DNA of 63,829 nt, filler included, from Craspedostauros australis (lineage: Eukaryota), in assembly GCA_030167865.1 (NCBI GenBank). It is 12 parts of 12 records of this genome, joined end to end, with 100 filler letters (N's around TTAATTAATTAA, not from the genome) between each part and the next. Parts side by side here need not be neighbours in the genome. Positions count along the whole stretch, not along the records: positions 1 to 8,399 come from JALAGF010004546.1; positions 8,500 to 24,581 come from JALAGF010004547.1; 10 more parts are not named here. One strand, given 5' to 3'. Under the pieces are notes generated by a model. That model was not told where the DNA came from. It did no database searches and worked only from the letters and a program-made list of their open reading frames with translations. The position numbers and the translations under genes were made by a program. Positions 1-12,341 of the stretch are shown piece by piece (positions within the stretch are counted from its first letter, which is position 1; the number at the start of each line of letters is the position of its first letter).

Positions 1-172
1 TTGTGTTGATGTTGATGTTGTTTGATGAATCATGGGTGCAAAATCGAAGATTCGTTGTTTTGGATGGTGTCAAGAATTGTTGGCGCGTTTGGCGAGTACT
101 CGTCTGTCTGCCATCCGTTGTTCATTCAACCAATGATACACACAAACACTCACAACCAACATCACCTCTCTG

Positions 173-2640
173 TTGTCTTCATTCGACACAACTCTGTTCG
201 ACGATGGTGATGGTGATGGCGATGGCGATGGCGATGGCAACCACTCCAATGACGCCGCATCCCTTCACAATTGGTACCACCACCAACAACACAAGCACAA
301 ACAAACAGACAAGATGATGAGACATCGACATCCAAGAGGATCTGTGGGAAGGCTCGCCAGTTGCTCCATGCCTTGACCCACCCGTCGTACGACTATGAGT
401 ATTGCTATGGAACCTTCCATGAGTACGATCTACTCTGGGAGTTGCCACAGCAAAGCGTCCAGCCTGATACTCTGTTCGAACCTTCATGAGGTCATGACAA
501 TCGAAGTTGCTGGAAGAGGACGGTGTCAGACTGATAGCGGAGAAGCAAACGGAGACCAAGCAACCGCAACAGGCCCACACGAAATCGAAGGCGCGCAAGC
601 CCACCAGCGTTGCCAAAGAGGCCAAAGCAGCTGCAAAATCAGGTCGTCGTGCGAGTGTCAGCACAGATACACCAAGCAGGGCCAATAGAAGCACAGCACA
701 AGATGCGAAAGCTTCGGCTGTGAAACTATCATGTGCGAAGAGTCTGGACATGCTCGACATTCTCAACATGCAAGATCACAAGATGTCATTCAACTCCCTT
801 GATCCCAGCAAGTTCAACAACAACAAACCGATGCCGGTGCCAATCACCCCAGGTGGGCTCTGCTTCGCCACAGCCCCAGCACTCGGCGCAACCAGCGAAT
901 GGAGCAGCCAAGACAAGATGAAGCTTGCCCAGAGTCGGAGACGCAGGCCAAGGACACAACCGAATTCCAACGGAACGACCAGCAGCGCCAAATCGAGGAG
1001 CAAGAGTTTGGAATTCTCGAAGGATGGACACCACATGCCAGGCACAACATACACATCAGACACAACAGGCGCGATGAGCGCAGCCAGCACCCCCGCTCTA
1101 TCTCGAGTTGCGACAACGGAGACGTCACGCAGTGAGAGCCTGGAGTCACTCTCCAATCTGCCAAGTCTCTACGACAACGATGACGACAGCATCGGCGTTG
1201 CGACAAGTGCTGCTACAACGAACGTTGGGAGAAGCCCCGAGGCCCCTGTCACGCCTGGAGGTTGGAGCGCGGCATCTACACCAGCCCCCTTCAGCCGCAC
1301 ACATGAATAGAGACAACAGTCTTCGTCGTTGAACAAGCGCAGGTCGACGTTGGACAGCATCCTCAAGATCAAATCATCAACATTACGTGAAGCGTCATCG
1401 ACCAATCCTGCCAAATCGAAGCAATGACCATCTCTCGAATGTCGACCATCGCAATTGGCCGACCTTGCCTTGACTGAAGTATCCGCAAAGGTGTCATCAT
1501 CGTCGCTACCGTCATCATCATCACAGTCCAAATCCAAACTCAATCTTCAACAGTTCGAACACGAACGCGAACATGGAGGTGTCTCGGCCATACACCTCAA
1601 GCCCCATCCAGTCCTGGAGCCATGAGTTTGGGAATCGAATTGAAATCGAGCAAGAAGGACCAGGTGGCTCCTTCTCACAACAGATCCGCACACAGTTCGT
1701 TGCGCCCAAGTGAAGACTCAAAGCAACGACGTTCACACGGACGAAGCACGGGTGTTCTACGTGATGAGAAGCGATCAAGGAAAGGATCTCCAAGGTGCTT
1801 GGCAATGGGCCCCAACATCACCACTCCAGCAAAACAAGAGACGTGTCATCACCATTGATATTACCATCGAGATCACCGTCGCCACGGCATCGGCGGAGAA
1901 GCACACAACACACCAGTGGCAAGCTGCACTCGACATCGTCAAGATCAAAGAGTGTGGAGCGTTCACCATCATTGCGTCATCGTCGTGACGGAGCAATTCA
2001 CACTTCCTCCTCTGGAAGAAGCTGCCGCTCCCCATCGGTGCAGAGTCGTCGAAGCCTGTCCGATCGCGATCACAGAAGACTGCGCAAGTATCGATGGACT
2101 CATCACCATAATCGCGGCGACAACGAACATCTGGCAGTTCGGATGATATGAACGCAGCCTCGCGTTCACGCCAATCCAACTCAAATGCGCACTCCACCGG
2201 TACTGGTTTGCACCAACGCAAGGGCTCACCTTCCCGAACGCATGCCCAAGGAAGTTCGCGAAGACCAAATCAACGTGGCCATAGCCAATCGACACCATGT
2301 GGCGAAGATCAACGAAGGAAGTTCTACGATGAACGATCATCATCGGCGCGACAACGAAGCAGATCAAGAGGATATCGAAATTGCAGTGTCGAACAGCACA
2401 GCGATGAGAGAGATGAGAATGGACGACATGGCAAAGAACAACATGGCCAACAACAGCAAGGCAACAAACGTTCGTCATCACGCGGGGCCCTTCAATCAAA
2501 TTGTTGTGGACGAAGCAGATCATCGACTCGCGATGCTGTCTACCATGAGAAGCTGTCCGGCACAAAGCCACTGCAACTCATATCAAAGAAAGCAGTCAGG
2601 AACAAGAGCGCGTCTCAGTGCCGCCATCCCTTGATGAATG
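173..2640 (+). pseudogene. Decayed gene for a Ser/Thr/His-rich low-complexity protein
   Basis: Chain of + strand ORFs (173-376, 395-, 507-1310, 1622-, 1795-, 2185-2634) with similar composition. The frame continues past in-frame stops at 374-376 (TGA), 1308-1310 (TAG) and 1425-1427 (TGA); several frameshifts. No recognisable domain. Confidence 0.4.
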
Positions 2641-4399
2641 GTACCAAAACTCCCACCCAGTGATGCATCACGACATGATGGGATGGAATGAGATGGATGG
2701 GCCGCTCCGTACTCGTATCATACTCATAGAGGTATGGTAGATCCACATCCCTGCAATGTAATACACCTACGAATGGATTGTAATGTTCTATGATATGTAG
2801 GATTGGAACAGTACCATAAGCACTATATCTGCTGGTGCAATAGAACACCGTGATGAAGTCACTGGATGTGTCAAGAGATTGAAGGGCTGGATACTGCTCC
2901 CACGCTGCCTCCGCCTTGTCTATGACTGCTCTGGTCCGCTCTCTACGATACATACGCACACACGGATGTTGCTGATGTCATTCACAAACAGATTGGACAT
3001 CTGTGGTTCCATCCACACTCCGCCATCAGCATCGTTGTTGGTTCGTTGCTCAGACAAAGGACGCATGGCAGCAGCATTTTCACAAGCCGTACGGTCGTCA
3101 CCATGCCACCGGATTCGTACACAGAGCACTCCACTCCAAGTCACACTGCCAAGCAGATTGGAAGCAACAGTGCCAATGCCAGCCGATCCAAGTTGCTGGA
3201 AGAGGCGATCTACGAAGAGCACATGGCGAACAAGGCAGAGAGAAATGGTGAGAAGCCGCGAGGAGCATGGTTGCTGTGCGGTTCCATCGACCGTCCCGTA
3301 TCATGCTATTGTCCTCATCTCTCCATGAGTTGCACTCCACCATTGTGCCAACACTGCAGTCGAGACCCTTTCCAAGTCCCAGGAGGAGCAATCACTCATT
3401 GTTGGAGTAACAAATGCAGGGATCACCATCCATTCCAATCTTCGAAGCGAGCAGTGCCAGCGTGGTGGAAAGACAAGAACCGACGAGCCAGCGCAGTCCA
3501 AACATCCAGAGTGCTTGACGAGCAACAGAAGAAACCAACGAATCAACCAACCAACAAGCAACCCCATGCAGAGTGCGAGTGCCGTATTGCGGATCATGGC
3601 TGACACAGAGTTTTCGTATGGCACAAGAAGCACACGGCCAGCAATCCATGGCCCATGAGCACCGTATCTCCACATGTCCTCCTTCGTGGTGCTCCCAACT
3701 TCGTTGATGAGACGGATGTTCCTGTCGATCACCTCGGTTGAGCATCGATGCTCTGGAAGTCATGAGCCAAGACGGCGGTGCTTCTGCCTGTGGATAGAAC
3801 GCGCATGGTGTTGTGTGTTGGTGGTCCGTGTGGCAGGAACAGTGGAGGCGGCACGGTATCGCTCCGCCTGATGCTTGCTGAATGTGTCAACTCATCCCCA
3901 ATACGCAATGTGGTGTTGGTTGGATGTTGAGGACTCTTGTTGCCTGTGCGGATGGTGATGCTTGCAATGTGGTGGGATGGCAACTAGTCAAATCCAAATG
4001 AGATGTGTCACGACCAACAAAGGCAACCAACAGAGGCAGTCACATTGGTGGCTTCATCGTTGTTCGAGGCATTGGTTCGAACCTCAAGTTGGTGCTTGTG
4101 ATGGCAGGCGGACAAGGGTCGGTGGTCTTGCAGATGCCACGATGACGCAAGCAAGCGTGGGCCATGGTGCACATGGTGGTGGTGGCGGCGGTGGTGGCGA
4201 CGATGAAAGCTGTCTGTGTTTCCGAAGACTTTGACGTTGTTTGCTTCGGATTGGTGTTGCGTTGATTGTGGCCAAACGAGAACTCTGTTGTGGTGCTTCT
4301 TTCTTGTTGTTGGTCGCACGCATTTTCGTGATGGATGGGAACAGAAAGATCCAATCCGCGCGAACCAGACACTTTTGATCAAGAGTGACAATTCTCACA

Positions 4400-6480
4400 G
4401 AATTCTTTACTTCTTACTTCTCTACTAATCCCATTAGTCAAATACTGGTCGGGGGCTGTCTTCGGACAGCACTCACAAATAAACAACAAGAGCTCCGACC
4501 AGGGCACGAAACAACGGGCCAATACGTCTTTCGTAGTTACTTGCACTGTTTGACAGATTAAGAGTCGTGCTTACCAACACTGAGCAACACCCAACACCAC
4601 ACCACCTTTTACCATTTTACGAGTTATCACCATGGACCGGCCAACCAACATCAACACCTTCAACAAGATCATCCAAGAACTGGTTCAGCTCGATGACGAC
4701 GAGATGGCGTTCATCGGCGAGAAACTCGGAAGAATCGATCGTGTCATCCGCAACTCGGACGTCACCATCGTGGCAGCCTTGGCGCTCTCGCCAACCCTGT
4801 CATCAATCAACATCACAAACATCCTCCGCATCTTCGCGTACGTGCGATCCAACACCATCACCGCACGCACGGATTGGGCAGCAATCAATCTGTTCAACGA
4901 AGCGAACAACTACGTGCCACCAGAAGTCAGCACACCGGTCGCGAACGCAGCTGCTCAAGTGCAATCGGAGATGGCGATCAGGGAGGCAGCCGCAGCAGCG
5001 GATGCCACCGACACCACGGGTCGCGAAATCACCGTTAGCTCACCGAGCCGCGCGAGACGCACCCCGCGATCACCACGAACCCCACAGACTCCATCAGGAT
5101 GGAAATTCGACAAAATCAGCATGCCAGAGGCACCCGAATTCACCGGGAACAACAGCGACTGGTATGACTGGAAGATTGCATTCAAGCGACAGCTGGTCAC
5201 ATCCAGATACGCCGCATACCTCGACGTCGACAAGCCATCGCACTTCAGCGAGGAGATCGACGCGCAGATCTACACTGTCCTGCACACCAAGACAGAGAAG
5301 GGATGCGCGGCATTCATCATGGAAGCACATGAGCCGAACGGCCATGATGCTTACCAAGCGCTCATACGCAACTATGAATTCGTCAACCACAAAGCTGAAA
5401 CCATCGCAAAAGAAGAACAGAAGATTGCCAAGCTCCGTTATGACGGATCAGAGCCCTTCCCAGTCTTCGTCAATGACTTCTCCAAATGCATCCGTGTCAT
5501 GGAGCAGAACGGGAAGCAGATGACCGACCAGCAAAAGATCGCGAAGTTCTTTTGCAACATCACAGACGATCGCTTCACGAGCGAGATGTCCAGATTCCGC
5601 AACACGGAACAATCCTTCAACACGATCCACGAGGCGTTCATGCAACATGACGCACTCCTCACGAAGTCGGAAGGACACTACTCTCCCAAGCGCAACCGTC
5701 GCTACCAGCAGAAGGACACCAAGGACGACGGCAAGAGGCCACGTGAATCCTCCAAGTGGGATCGCAAGGGCGCCGCATCGTTTCGGTTGCCGGACTCCGT
5801 CTTCCGACGCATGCCGGTGAGCACTCAAGTGCTCCTTGTCGAAGCGTCTCGTCACTTCCGCACCACTGGGAAATCCATTGATGAGGACACCCTCAAGCGC
5901 AACAAGCCAACAGAGTACGCGCGCAACCTCGAGTTGCCACTGACCCAGCGAGGGCCCAAGCGGCCTCGCACAGGCGACCACAAGACCGGACGACCCGGCA
6001 CCCAAGGATCATGGAACGCTGGTTCTTGACAATCAAAGACGGGCACAACTCGCCGTCAGTCGGAGATTGTCATCCACCTCAAACCCCGCGACTGTAGGGG
6101 GGCGAGCGTGACGACCGCAGCGGGGGTGCCCGGACGTGCACGTCCGGAGGTACCACAAGAGTCCCGTCCGTGCACAACCCACCCGACAGTGGAGCACTAC
6201 ATCCGAAGGGCAAGAGCAACCAACAATAGCCAAGGCTTTATCATCCTAGACTCAGGGGCGGACGGAGACATCGTTCATGCGTCGGGCTGGGAGGTGACTC
6301 ACACACACCAACAAGAGTTTCGCGCCCGAGGGGCGACGATCAACTCACCAATCGAGACATTCCAGATAGTCGACGCGGTGGCAGCATACGAGCCCCCATC
6401 AGGCGGCGTGATCCTCATACAAGCAAACTACGTGGCTCTCGACAAGCATCCACAGCAGACGGAATCACTGTTTAACACAC
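4400..6480 (+). mobile_element. CoDi-like Ty1/copia LTR retrotransposon, 5' part (probable LTR end, gag, protease), 3'-truncated
   Basis: AATAAA at 4478-4483 inside a hairpin, gag-like ORF 4632-6029, and an in-frame aspartic protease motif IILDSGAD...IVDAVAAYE...ESLFN. Similarity stops at about 6480 with no integrase or RT. Confidence 0.8.
4632..6029 (+). CDS. gag: Copia-type Gag polyprotein
   Basis: 465-aa ORF with a copia gag-like pattern (EFTGNNSDWYDWKIAFK...GHDAYQALIRNYE...LRYDG...FVNDFSKCIRVMEQNG...QKIAKFF) directly upstream of the protease. Confidence 0.8.
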   Translation: MDRPTNINTFNKIIQELVQLDDDEMAFIGEKLGRIDRVIRNSDVTIVAALALSPTLSSINITNILRIFAYVRSNTITARTDWAAINLFNEANNYVPPEVSTPVANAAAQVQSEMAIREAAAAADATDTTGREITVSSPSRARRTPRSPRTPQTPSGWKFDKISMPEAPEFTGNNSDWYDWKIAFKRQLVTSRYAAYLDVDKPSHFSEEIDAQIYTVLHTKTEKGCAAFIMEAHEPNGHDAYQALIRNYEFVNHKAETIAKEEQKIAKLRYDGSEPFPVFVNDFSKCIRVMEQNGKQMTDQQKIAKFFCNITDDRFTSEMSRFRNTEQSFNTIHEAFMQHDALLTKSEGHYSPKRNRRYQQKDTKDDGKRPRESSKWDRKGAASFRLPDSVFRRMPVSTQVLLVEASRHFRTTGKSIDEDTLKRNKPTEYARNLELPLTQRGPKRPRTGDHKTGRPGTQGSWNAGS

Positions 6481-6518
6481 ATCATACCTTCCACCTCACT
6501 CACTCGGCAAAGCAATAG
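6030..6518 (+). CDS. Pol N-terminus (aspartic protease), in frame after the gag stop; truncated
   Basis: The gag frame stays open from 6030 to TAG at 6516-6518 and carries the LDSGAD catalytic motif near 6247-6264. Confidence 0.75.
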   Translation, partial: QSKTGTTRRQSEIVIHLKPRDCRGASVTTAAGVPGRARPEVPQESRPCTTHPTVEHYIRRARATNNSQGFIILDSGADGDIVHASGWEVTHTHQQEFRARGATINSPIETFQIVDAVAAYEPPSGGVILIQANYVALDKHPQQTESLFNTHHTFHLTHSAKQ

Positions 6519-8399
6519 CACTAGTTGTAGAGTTTTTTGCCCTCCAACGTGGGATTAGTCGTGTTGCGTAGTCCAGTCTAGAGCAAAAATGCAATCCATC
6601 CCAAAAAGTGCTTATGATGCTATATCACAACACCCCATCATTCACAATTAAAACTAAATGTACCATGTGAACAAACAACTTGCGATGTATAGGAATATTG
6701 AACTTAAATTAAAATTAACTTCAAATTTAACAGCATTTTTGTTGATAACGTGGGATTGTGCACGCCACAAAACTCTGGATGGCACCATGGTGCCATCACT
6801 TTGCCATCCAAGATGATGCCCATAACCGTCTCGTTTCGACCACCTGCGTGTCTCATTGTCTCCATATACCCCATATGTATCCATCTCTGCCAAGCATGCA
6901 CCGTCAGATCTCCCTTCAACACATGTTGGCAGCCCATACCTGAAATCCAACATTTTTGAAAATGAAGGACAGTCCGAAGCCAGCTGCTTCATCTGATCAT
7001 ATCTCCCTCTCACATCCATCTCTGTTCCCCCCACGCAGCACACCTCGATCNCTGATTCACTGGGGACACGTTGATGCATCCCAAAANGCCTCAAGATGGA
7101 TCTCCAATTTTTTATCCATCCTGACGCTGATGCCATTGTCAGTTTTTCTTCGTGTCGAAAAAATGCGACTGCAGCATTTGGTTGGTTTCAACCTCTTCCC
7201 CTCAATGTAATCGATCCCCACTTCTCCAAACCCATTCCTGACTTGATGATTAACACATCTTGTATGGGTGGGTTGGCGGTGTGGTGGATGTTCACATGCG
7301 CCACCACACCAGCAAAGCCACGTGATGGGTGCTTTGTCACCACCCAAAAAACTCTTGCACTCCACTTGTTCCTTCTCTTGACACCTTCCAGGCAGTCTTT
7401 CAGCCTCAAACTTCGTAGAACCCTTCATCTTGATCCCCTTGATGCGTNNNNNNNNNNNNNNNNNNNNNNNNNNNNTTGTATCGTCCACACACAGCCCGTA
7501 CCCAACGTGCATGGTTGACGCTTTTTTGCGCGTTTTGCTCGTTTCGCTATCGCTGATTCAAATGAACCGCTCTGACAGCGCCCTCTTGCCCATCCACCAA
7601 ACTTTCCATGGCGGTTCCGTTGATGTGCTTGGATTTGGTATCGGACTGGTGGTTGATGCAGTGCCGTCCATGTCTTTTTGGCGGTTCTCACAGAGTGTTG
7701 TTTTGTTTCCCCATTGTCGTGTTGTTGTGTTTCTTTTCTTGGTGACGGTCTTTTCTTGCTGTTGGGGTTTGGGAAATTAAAACAGAATTCCAACGAATGC
7801 CTCCAAACCTTTGCTACAAATCCCGAGTCTGGTGAGTCCACTGTTGGTTTCTGTGAAAGCCAAGACATGGGAAACACTCGGAAAAAATAGTGCATTCTAA
7901 CTACAGTCCTGTGACCCTCCCACAGTTGAAGACGTACTTAGGACCAGTGCAATTTACGTAGAACAAGTAGAAACTGCACTAGAAAACACAATTTTCCATA
8001 GCATGCAACGATGCTACAAACGACTATGGGAGAGGCTCTCAGAGGACCCGAAAGAAACAGACAATGTGATGATCGGGAGACGATACGGGATGTGTTGTGT
8101 GTGTGATGATGTTATTGTGACTATCTCCGACCGTGCAGAGGCTGTGAACATGGGATTTGCTGCTGCACCGTCTGTCATGGGACCATATACCAACAGACAA
8201 CACCCCGTGCGGGTACAGGAAGAGGAGGGCGTCACACTGGTGGTGACAGCGGACGAGGAGGTGGTCGAGGAGGAAAGCAACAGGCCAGGAGCTCACCAGC
8301 AAAAAGACGTCGCCAACTTGTCCCACAGAGGATGAGAACTGTTGGATTTGGAGCCACCAGCTGGAGCGAAAATGGGGTGACATCCTCCAGGAACGCAAC

Positions 8400-8499
8400 N
8401 NNNNNNNNNNNNNNNNNNNNNNNNNNNNNNNNNNNNNNNNNNNTTAATTAATTAANNNNNNNNNNNNNNNNNNNNNNNNNNNNNNNNNNNNNNNNNNNN
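8400..8499. other. Artificial contig spacer N44-TTAATTAATTAA-N44; also at 24582-24681, 29302-29401, 34231-34330, 40197-40296, 43831-43930, 49531-49630, 51519-51618, 53189-53288, 57115-57214, 62414-62513
   Basis: Identical 100-nt structure eleven times. The core gives TAA stops in all six frames, and ORFs are cut abruptly at the spacers. Confidence 0.97.
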
Positions 8500-8949
8500 G
8501 CTGATGATGATCTGTGCCAGTTGCTCGTCTGACAGGTTGAGCTGCTTCTGTTCCGTTGTGCATGTGGCGGCGACGGCCAATGCGGCCATGGAATGCATCC
8601 ATGCACGTCGGGATGTCGACGTTGATGGCAGGGATGGAGTGGCGTCAGCGGTGGCGGTGGCGCTCCAGAGAGGATCGGCAGGTGTGGCTGCATCCTGGAA
8701 AGATTGTTGTGGCACGTTGGATGCGATGGCTTGTCTGGCGTTTTGAAGGAATGCGAAACGGGATGCCGATGGTTGCTCGGACTCGAACATGGTGGCGAAG
8801 AGCTGGGTGTTGGTTGATGCTGGCTGTCTTGTGGTGGTGAATGCCTGTGCTTGGTTGTTGGCGCATGGTGTTGCGAGGACGACGAGTCCAAGGAAAAGGG
8901 AGAGCTTGACACTGGATGTGGTTGGCTTGCTGTTGTTGTTCATGATCAT
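8500..8949 (-). CDS. Nuclear-encoded plastid, probably thylakoid-lumen, protein; 3'-truncated by spacer (possibly DUF2358-like)
   Basis: Signal peptide VKLSLFLGLVVLATPC, ASAFAP-type cleavage site AQA-FTT, Ser/Thr-rich transit peptide, twin-Arg motif SRRAWMHSMAALAVAA, then KQLNLSDEQLAQII. The family guess rests on only about 15 mature residues. Confidence 0.7.
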
Positions 8950-9031
8950 GATTGTATTGTGTGTGTGGTGTATGTTGTTGTTGTTGTTGTTGTTGTTGAT
9001 ATGGTAGAGTCTGATTATCCTCTTTTGCTTC

Positions 9032-9032
9032 G

Positions 9033-9073
<41 letters not shown>

Positions 9074-9080
9074 GCTGTTG
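9032..9080. repeat. (GTT)n microsatellite; second tract at about 8973-8998
   Basis: About 14 perfect GTT units, read directly. Confidence 0.95.
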
Positions 9081-11007
9081 TGTCGCTTTTGATTTTGTGA
9101 GGAGAGGATGGACATTGGAAGAATCCACACCAACGCACAGTTGCGCACATTCACGAGCACAACCACCACAGAGAAGACTGTAAAGAGGGAGAAGAACAAC
9201 ACGTGGGTGTTGGAGTCATGATACTCCATGCAGAATCGCCATTCACAGCAACGTCACCAGTTTGACCGATCCCCACTTATCGTCTCCCTTCTCCCCACGA
9301 AACTCAATTGCCAATACCGAAATGTGGAGAAGCGATCTGGTTGGCTGTCGAAACACGTCATTCACCAGTCCACGCCAACGGCGAACATTTGGTACTCACA
9401 CACAAACACTCAACCAGGCCCGAACAAGGCAAGAGCAATGATACAACAACACCGGTGAGTGGGGAAAGGTTGGTCTTGTGTGGTGATCCCACTCCCAAAT
9501 CAAATCACATACCACATACCACATACCACATACTTTGGCCCAAGCAGCGGCAGAGTGGCAACGCAAACTCCTCACCATGTAGACCAGTCCATGGGGGCCA
9601 TCACACCAAGCAACACAAACCAGCACGATACTCGAGCGCTGCAAGTCCGAACCATGGACATCCTCCTGATCGTGTCATCCTTCCTCCTCTTCTCTCTCAC
9701 CATGTATTCATACTCGGATAGATGCGCACGTCTCATCATCCACACAGACAACCTACACATGGTCGAAGCATGCACATGCAACCCAGTAGTCCAGCAGCTT
9801 TCGTGATGATGGAGCATTGGCAGGGAACAGTAGCTTGAGCACCATCAACAAGCGTGGGACACTTGAAGACCAGCTACTCCAGGTGCCTCGCTTTTTGAAT
9901 CCGAGTATGACGTGCAGTTGTAACGGGCGACTGTGGAAGCATCCTCAATTGCAACTGCAAAACCGAGAACAGAGACCCGCGCACAGTGACAGTCTGATGG
10001 CAATGCGACGTCTCGCGTGCTTTCTTCCATCGTTGTCATCGTCATCATCATCATGGTAATACGGATCCAATCATGCAAACCAATACCATCTTCGCCATGC
10101 GTACCATACGTACCATACGTACCATGCACCCCTCCTCTCTGCAGTTGCTCTGCAACCAGTTTGCTCCATCTTGTTTGGTGAAAATGTGAACTGGTTGAAT
10201 CGTGAAGGATCTGTTGTCTTGTTGTTCTTGTTCTTGTTGTTGTTCTCTCGGGTACTCATCGCGCAATGATGATGATGTTTGCGGATTAATGGGGTTTTCT
10301 CCGAGAGCCAATTAACAGTTGGAATGGGCAGGATAAGTTATTCACGACCAGCACGCCCAACTGTGTATCTCGGATTGTTGTTGTTCTTTGTGTGAGGAGA
10401 AGGGATGTTGTTGTTCGTAACGTGGTATTCGTGGTTGGGTGTGAGACCATTGAAGCTGTGTTGACGAAAGACTGATAGAGGCTTCTGATTGGCCATCACG
10501 GATGGACGTGGCAACGAATTCATGACAAACCGGTGTTCATGTTTCCAAACGTTCAGTGAAGCTCACTTTCACCACACAACACCACAACTTCGTGTGCTTT
10601 GCGGGTGCTCGCTACTTGTGGCCTCACCTGTATTTCCTGTGTGCCGAACAAGACCAATGGTTGGGGATGGAAGTGTGGCTGAGACTGCTCCAGGGCGTTG
10701 TGTTCTCTGCACTCGCATGTATTCCGCCATGACTGAAACCTGTATGACAGATTGCGGAGTTGCCGCTCTTGGGTCAGCAAGCTGGTGCCTTCTTCGTCCT
10801 CTCTGTGGCGTCTGTGAGAAACAAAGCAACGTAAAGCAACGCGGATCAACCTTCCTCTCACAAAATACAAACCCATCCACTCCACAAACCGCAACAACAA
10901 CAAACAACAAACACCAATCAAGAGAATACATCCGCTCCACACACACAACACAATCCAACGAGAGCATCCGACGAAGAACAACAACAACAACAATAACAGC
11001 AACCGCA

Positions 11008-12341
11008 ATGACAGCATACAACAACACGACGACACTCATCACACTCACGCTGCTGTGTCTGTGCAACTCCATCACAAACTGCCAAGCGTGGGTGACACAC
11101 AACACGCCATCGGTGTCGAAAACATCAACCACACACACACGACAAGGACCGCCACCGGCCGCCACGGCAACTCACATCAATCCACAGCAAACGCACGTCC
11201 TCGTTCTCCCAGGCTTCGCAACCGCAGCCAGCGACTACGTCGACGACCTTGTTCCCAACATCGCACAGCAAGCCATCGACGCTGGATGGTGGAGCAACGA
11301 CAACAACAACAACAACAGCAACAACAACAGCAACAACGACATGACCAACGCAATGGATCACATCCACGTCCTGCCACTCCAGCGACATGATTGGGCACAG
11401 ATCATCGCATTCGGCATGTGCGATCTCGACTTCATGACCTTCAAGGCGCCAGCAACCAACTGGGCGTACCGATGGTACCTTCAGAAGGTGGCGAAAGAGG
11501 TCAAGAGAATCCAGGATGTCGCCAAGGAGGAAGGCACGACCGCCAAGATCATCCTGGTGGGACACTCTGCCGGTGGCTGGCTCGCAAGGTGAGTTTGGTG
11601 CGGCTTTGCTCCTGTGCGACTGCTCCTGTGCATGCTTCAGCCCTCCACTCTGCTCTATTCCATTCATTTCACTCACACTATCAACACTCGCGTTCTCTCT
11701 CCATGCATCATCACACGCATCTTTCATCATTCATCATCCGCCTCCTTCCAACCAACAGAGCTGCTGTCGGATACGGAATGGATGATACCAACGGCAAGGA
11801 TCTGCAGATTGACATCGACAGCATCCTGGGAATCGTCACGCTTGGATCTCCCCACATCCCATGCCCCAAGGGCTCCGTCGACATCACCGGTGGTGCACTC
11901 CGCATCGTTCATGACACCTTCCCAGGTGCCTTCTTCAACGACCGTCTCTTCTACGTGTCTGCTGCCGGATCCGCATTGAATGTCGAGCAGCAGCAAGCAC
12001 ACATCCCTTCCCCACACACCATCACCTCACAGCCAGATACTGATCACATGCTTGCGTACCAATCGTACAAGTTGCTGTCTGGTCAAGGACACCAGGACGG
12101 TGATGGCATCGTCCCTGTGCCGCTTGCGCACCTGGAGGGTTCCAATCTCCAGATTACGTTGGACAACGTGTACCACACCTCCATGCTGCAGAACCAGCAT
12201 CAGCATCAACATGAGCACGATCAACACACATCTCCCACATCCGAAGCCTCGGAATCGAGATGGTACGGATCGAAGGACATCGTCCAGCAATGGTTCAGTC
12301 CTGTTCTGCACAAGGTGCTGCCAGCCATGATGGTTCAGTAA
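11008..12341 (+). CDS. Plastid-targeted alpha/beta-hydrolase (PGAP1/esterase-lipase-like); exons 11008-11588 and 11759-12341
   Basis: Signal peptide plus CQA-WVT presequence; VLVLPGF; nucleophile elbow GHSAGG. The GTGAGT...CAG intron 11589-11758 joins WLAR-AAVGYG in frame. Further motifs VTLGSPH, GDGIVP, NVYH. Confidence 0.88.

Noticed and set aside
4445..4515. Hammerhead ribozyme at the GAAAC motifs (also 51485-51497)
   Set aside because: No CUGANGA core in the required position.
6520..8000. Decayed DNA transposon interrupting the first copia (GIILDGKVM...FCGVHN)
   Set aside because: Plausible from the abrupt junction and CpG depletion, but no convincing transposase motif or terminal repeats.
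8444..8455. Recurring TTAATTAATTAA palindrome as a biological repeat or CRISPR-like array
   Set aside because: Always centred in exactly 44+44 Ns; an assembly spacer giving stops in six frames.
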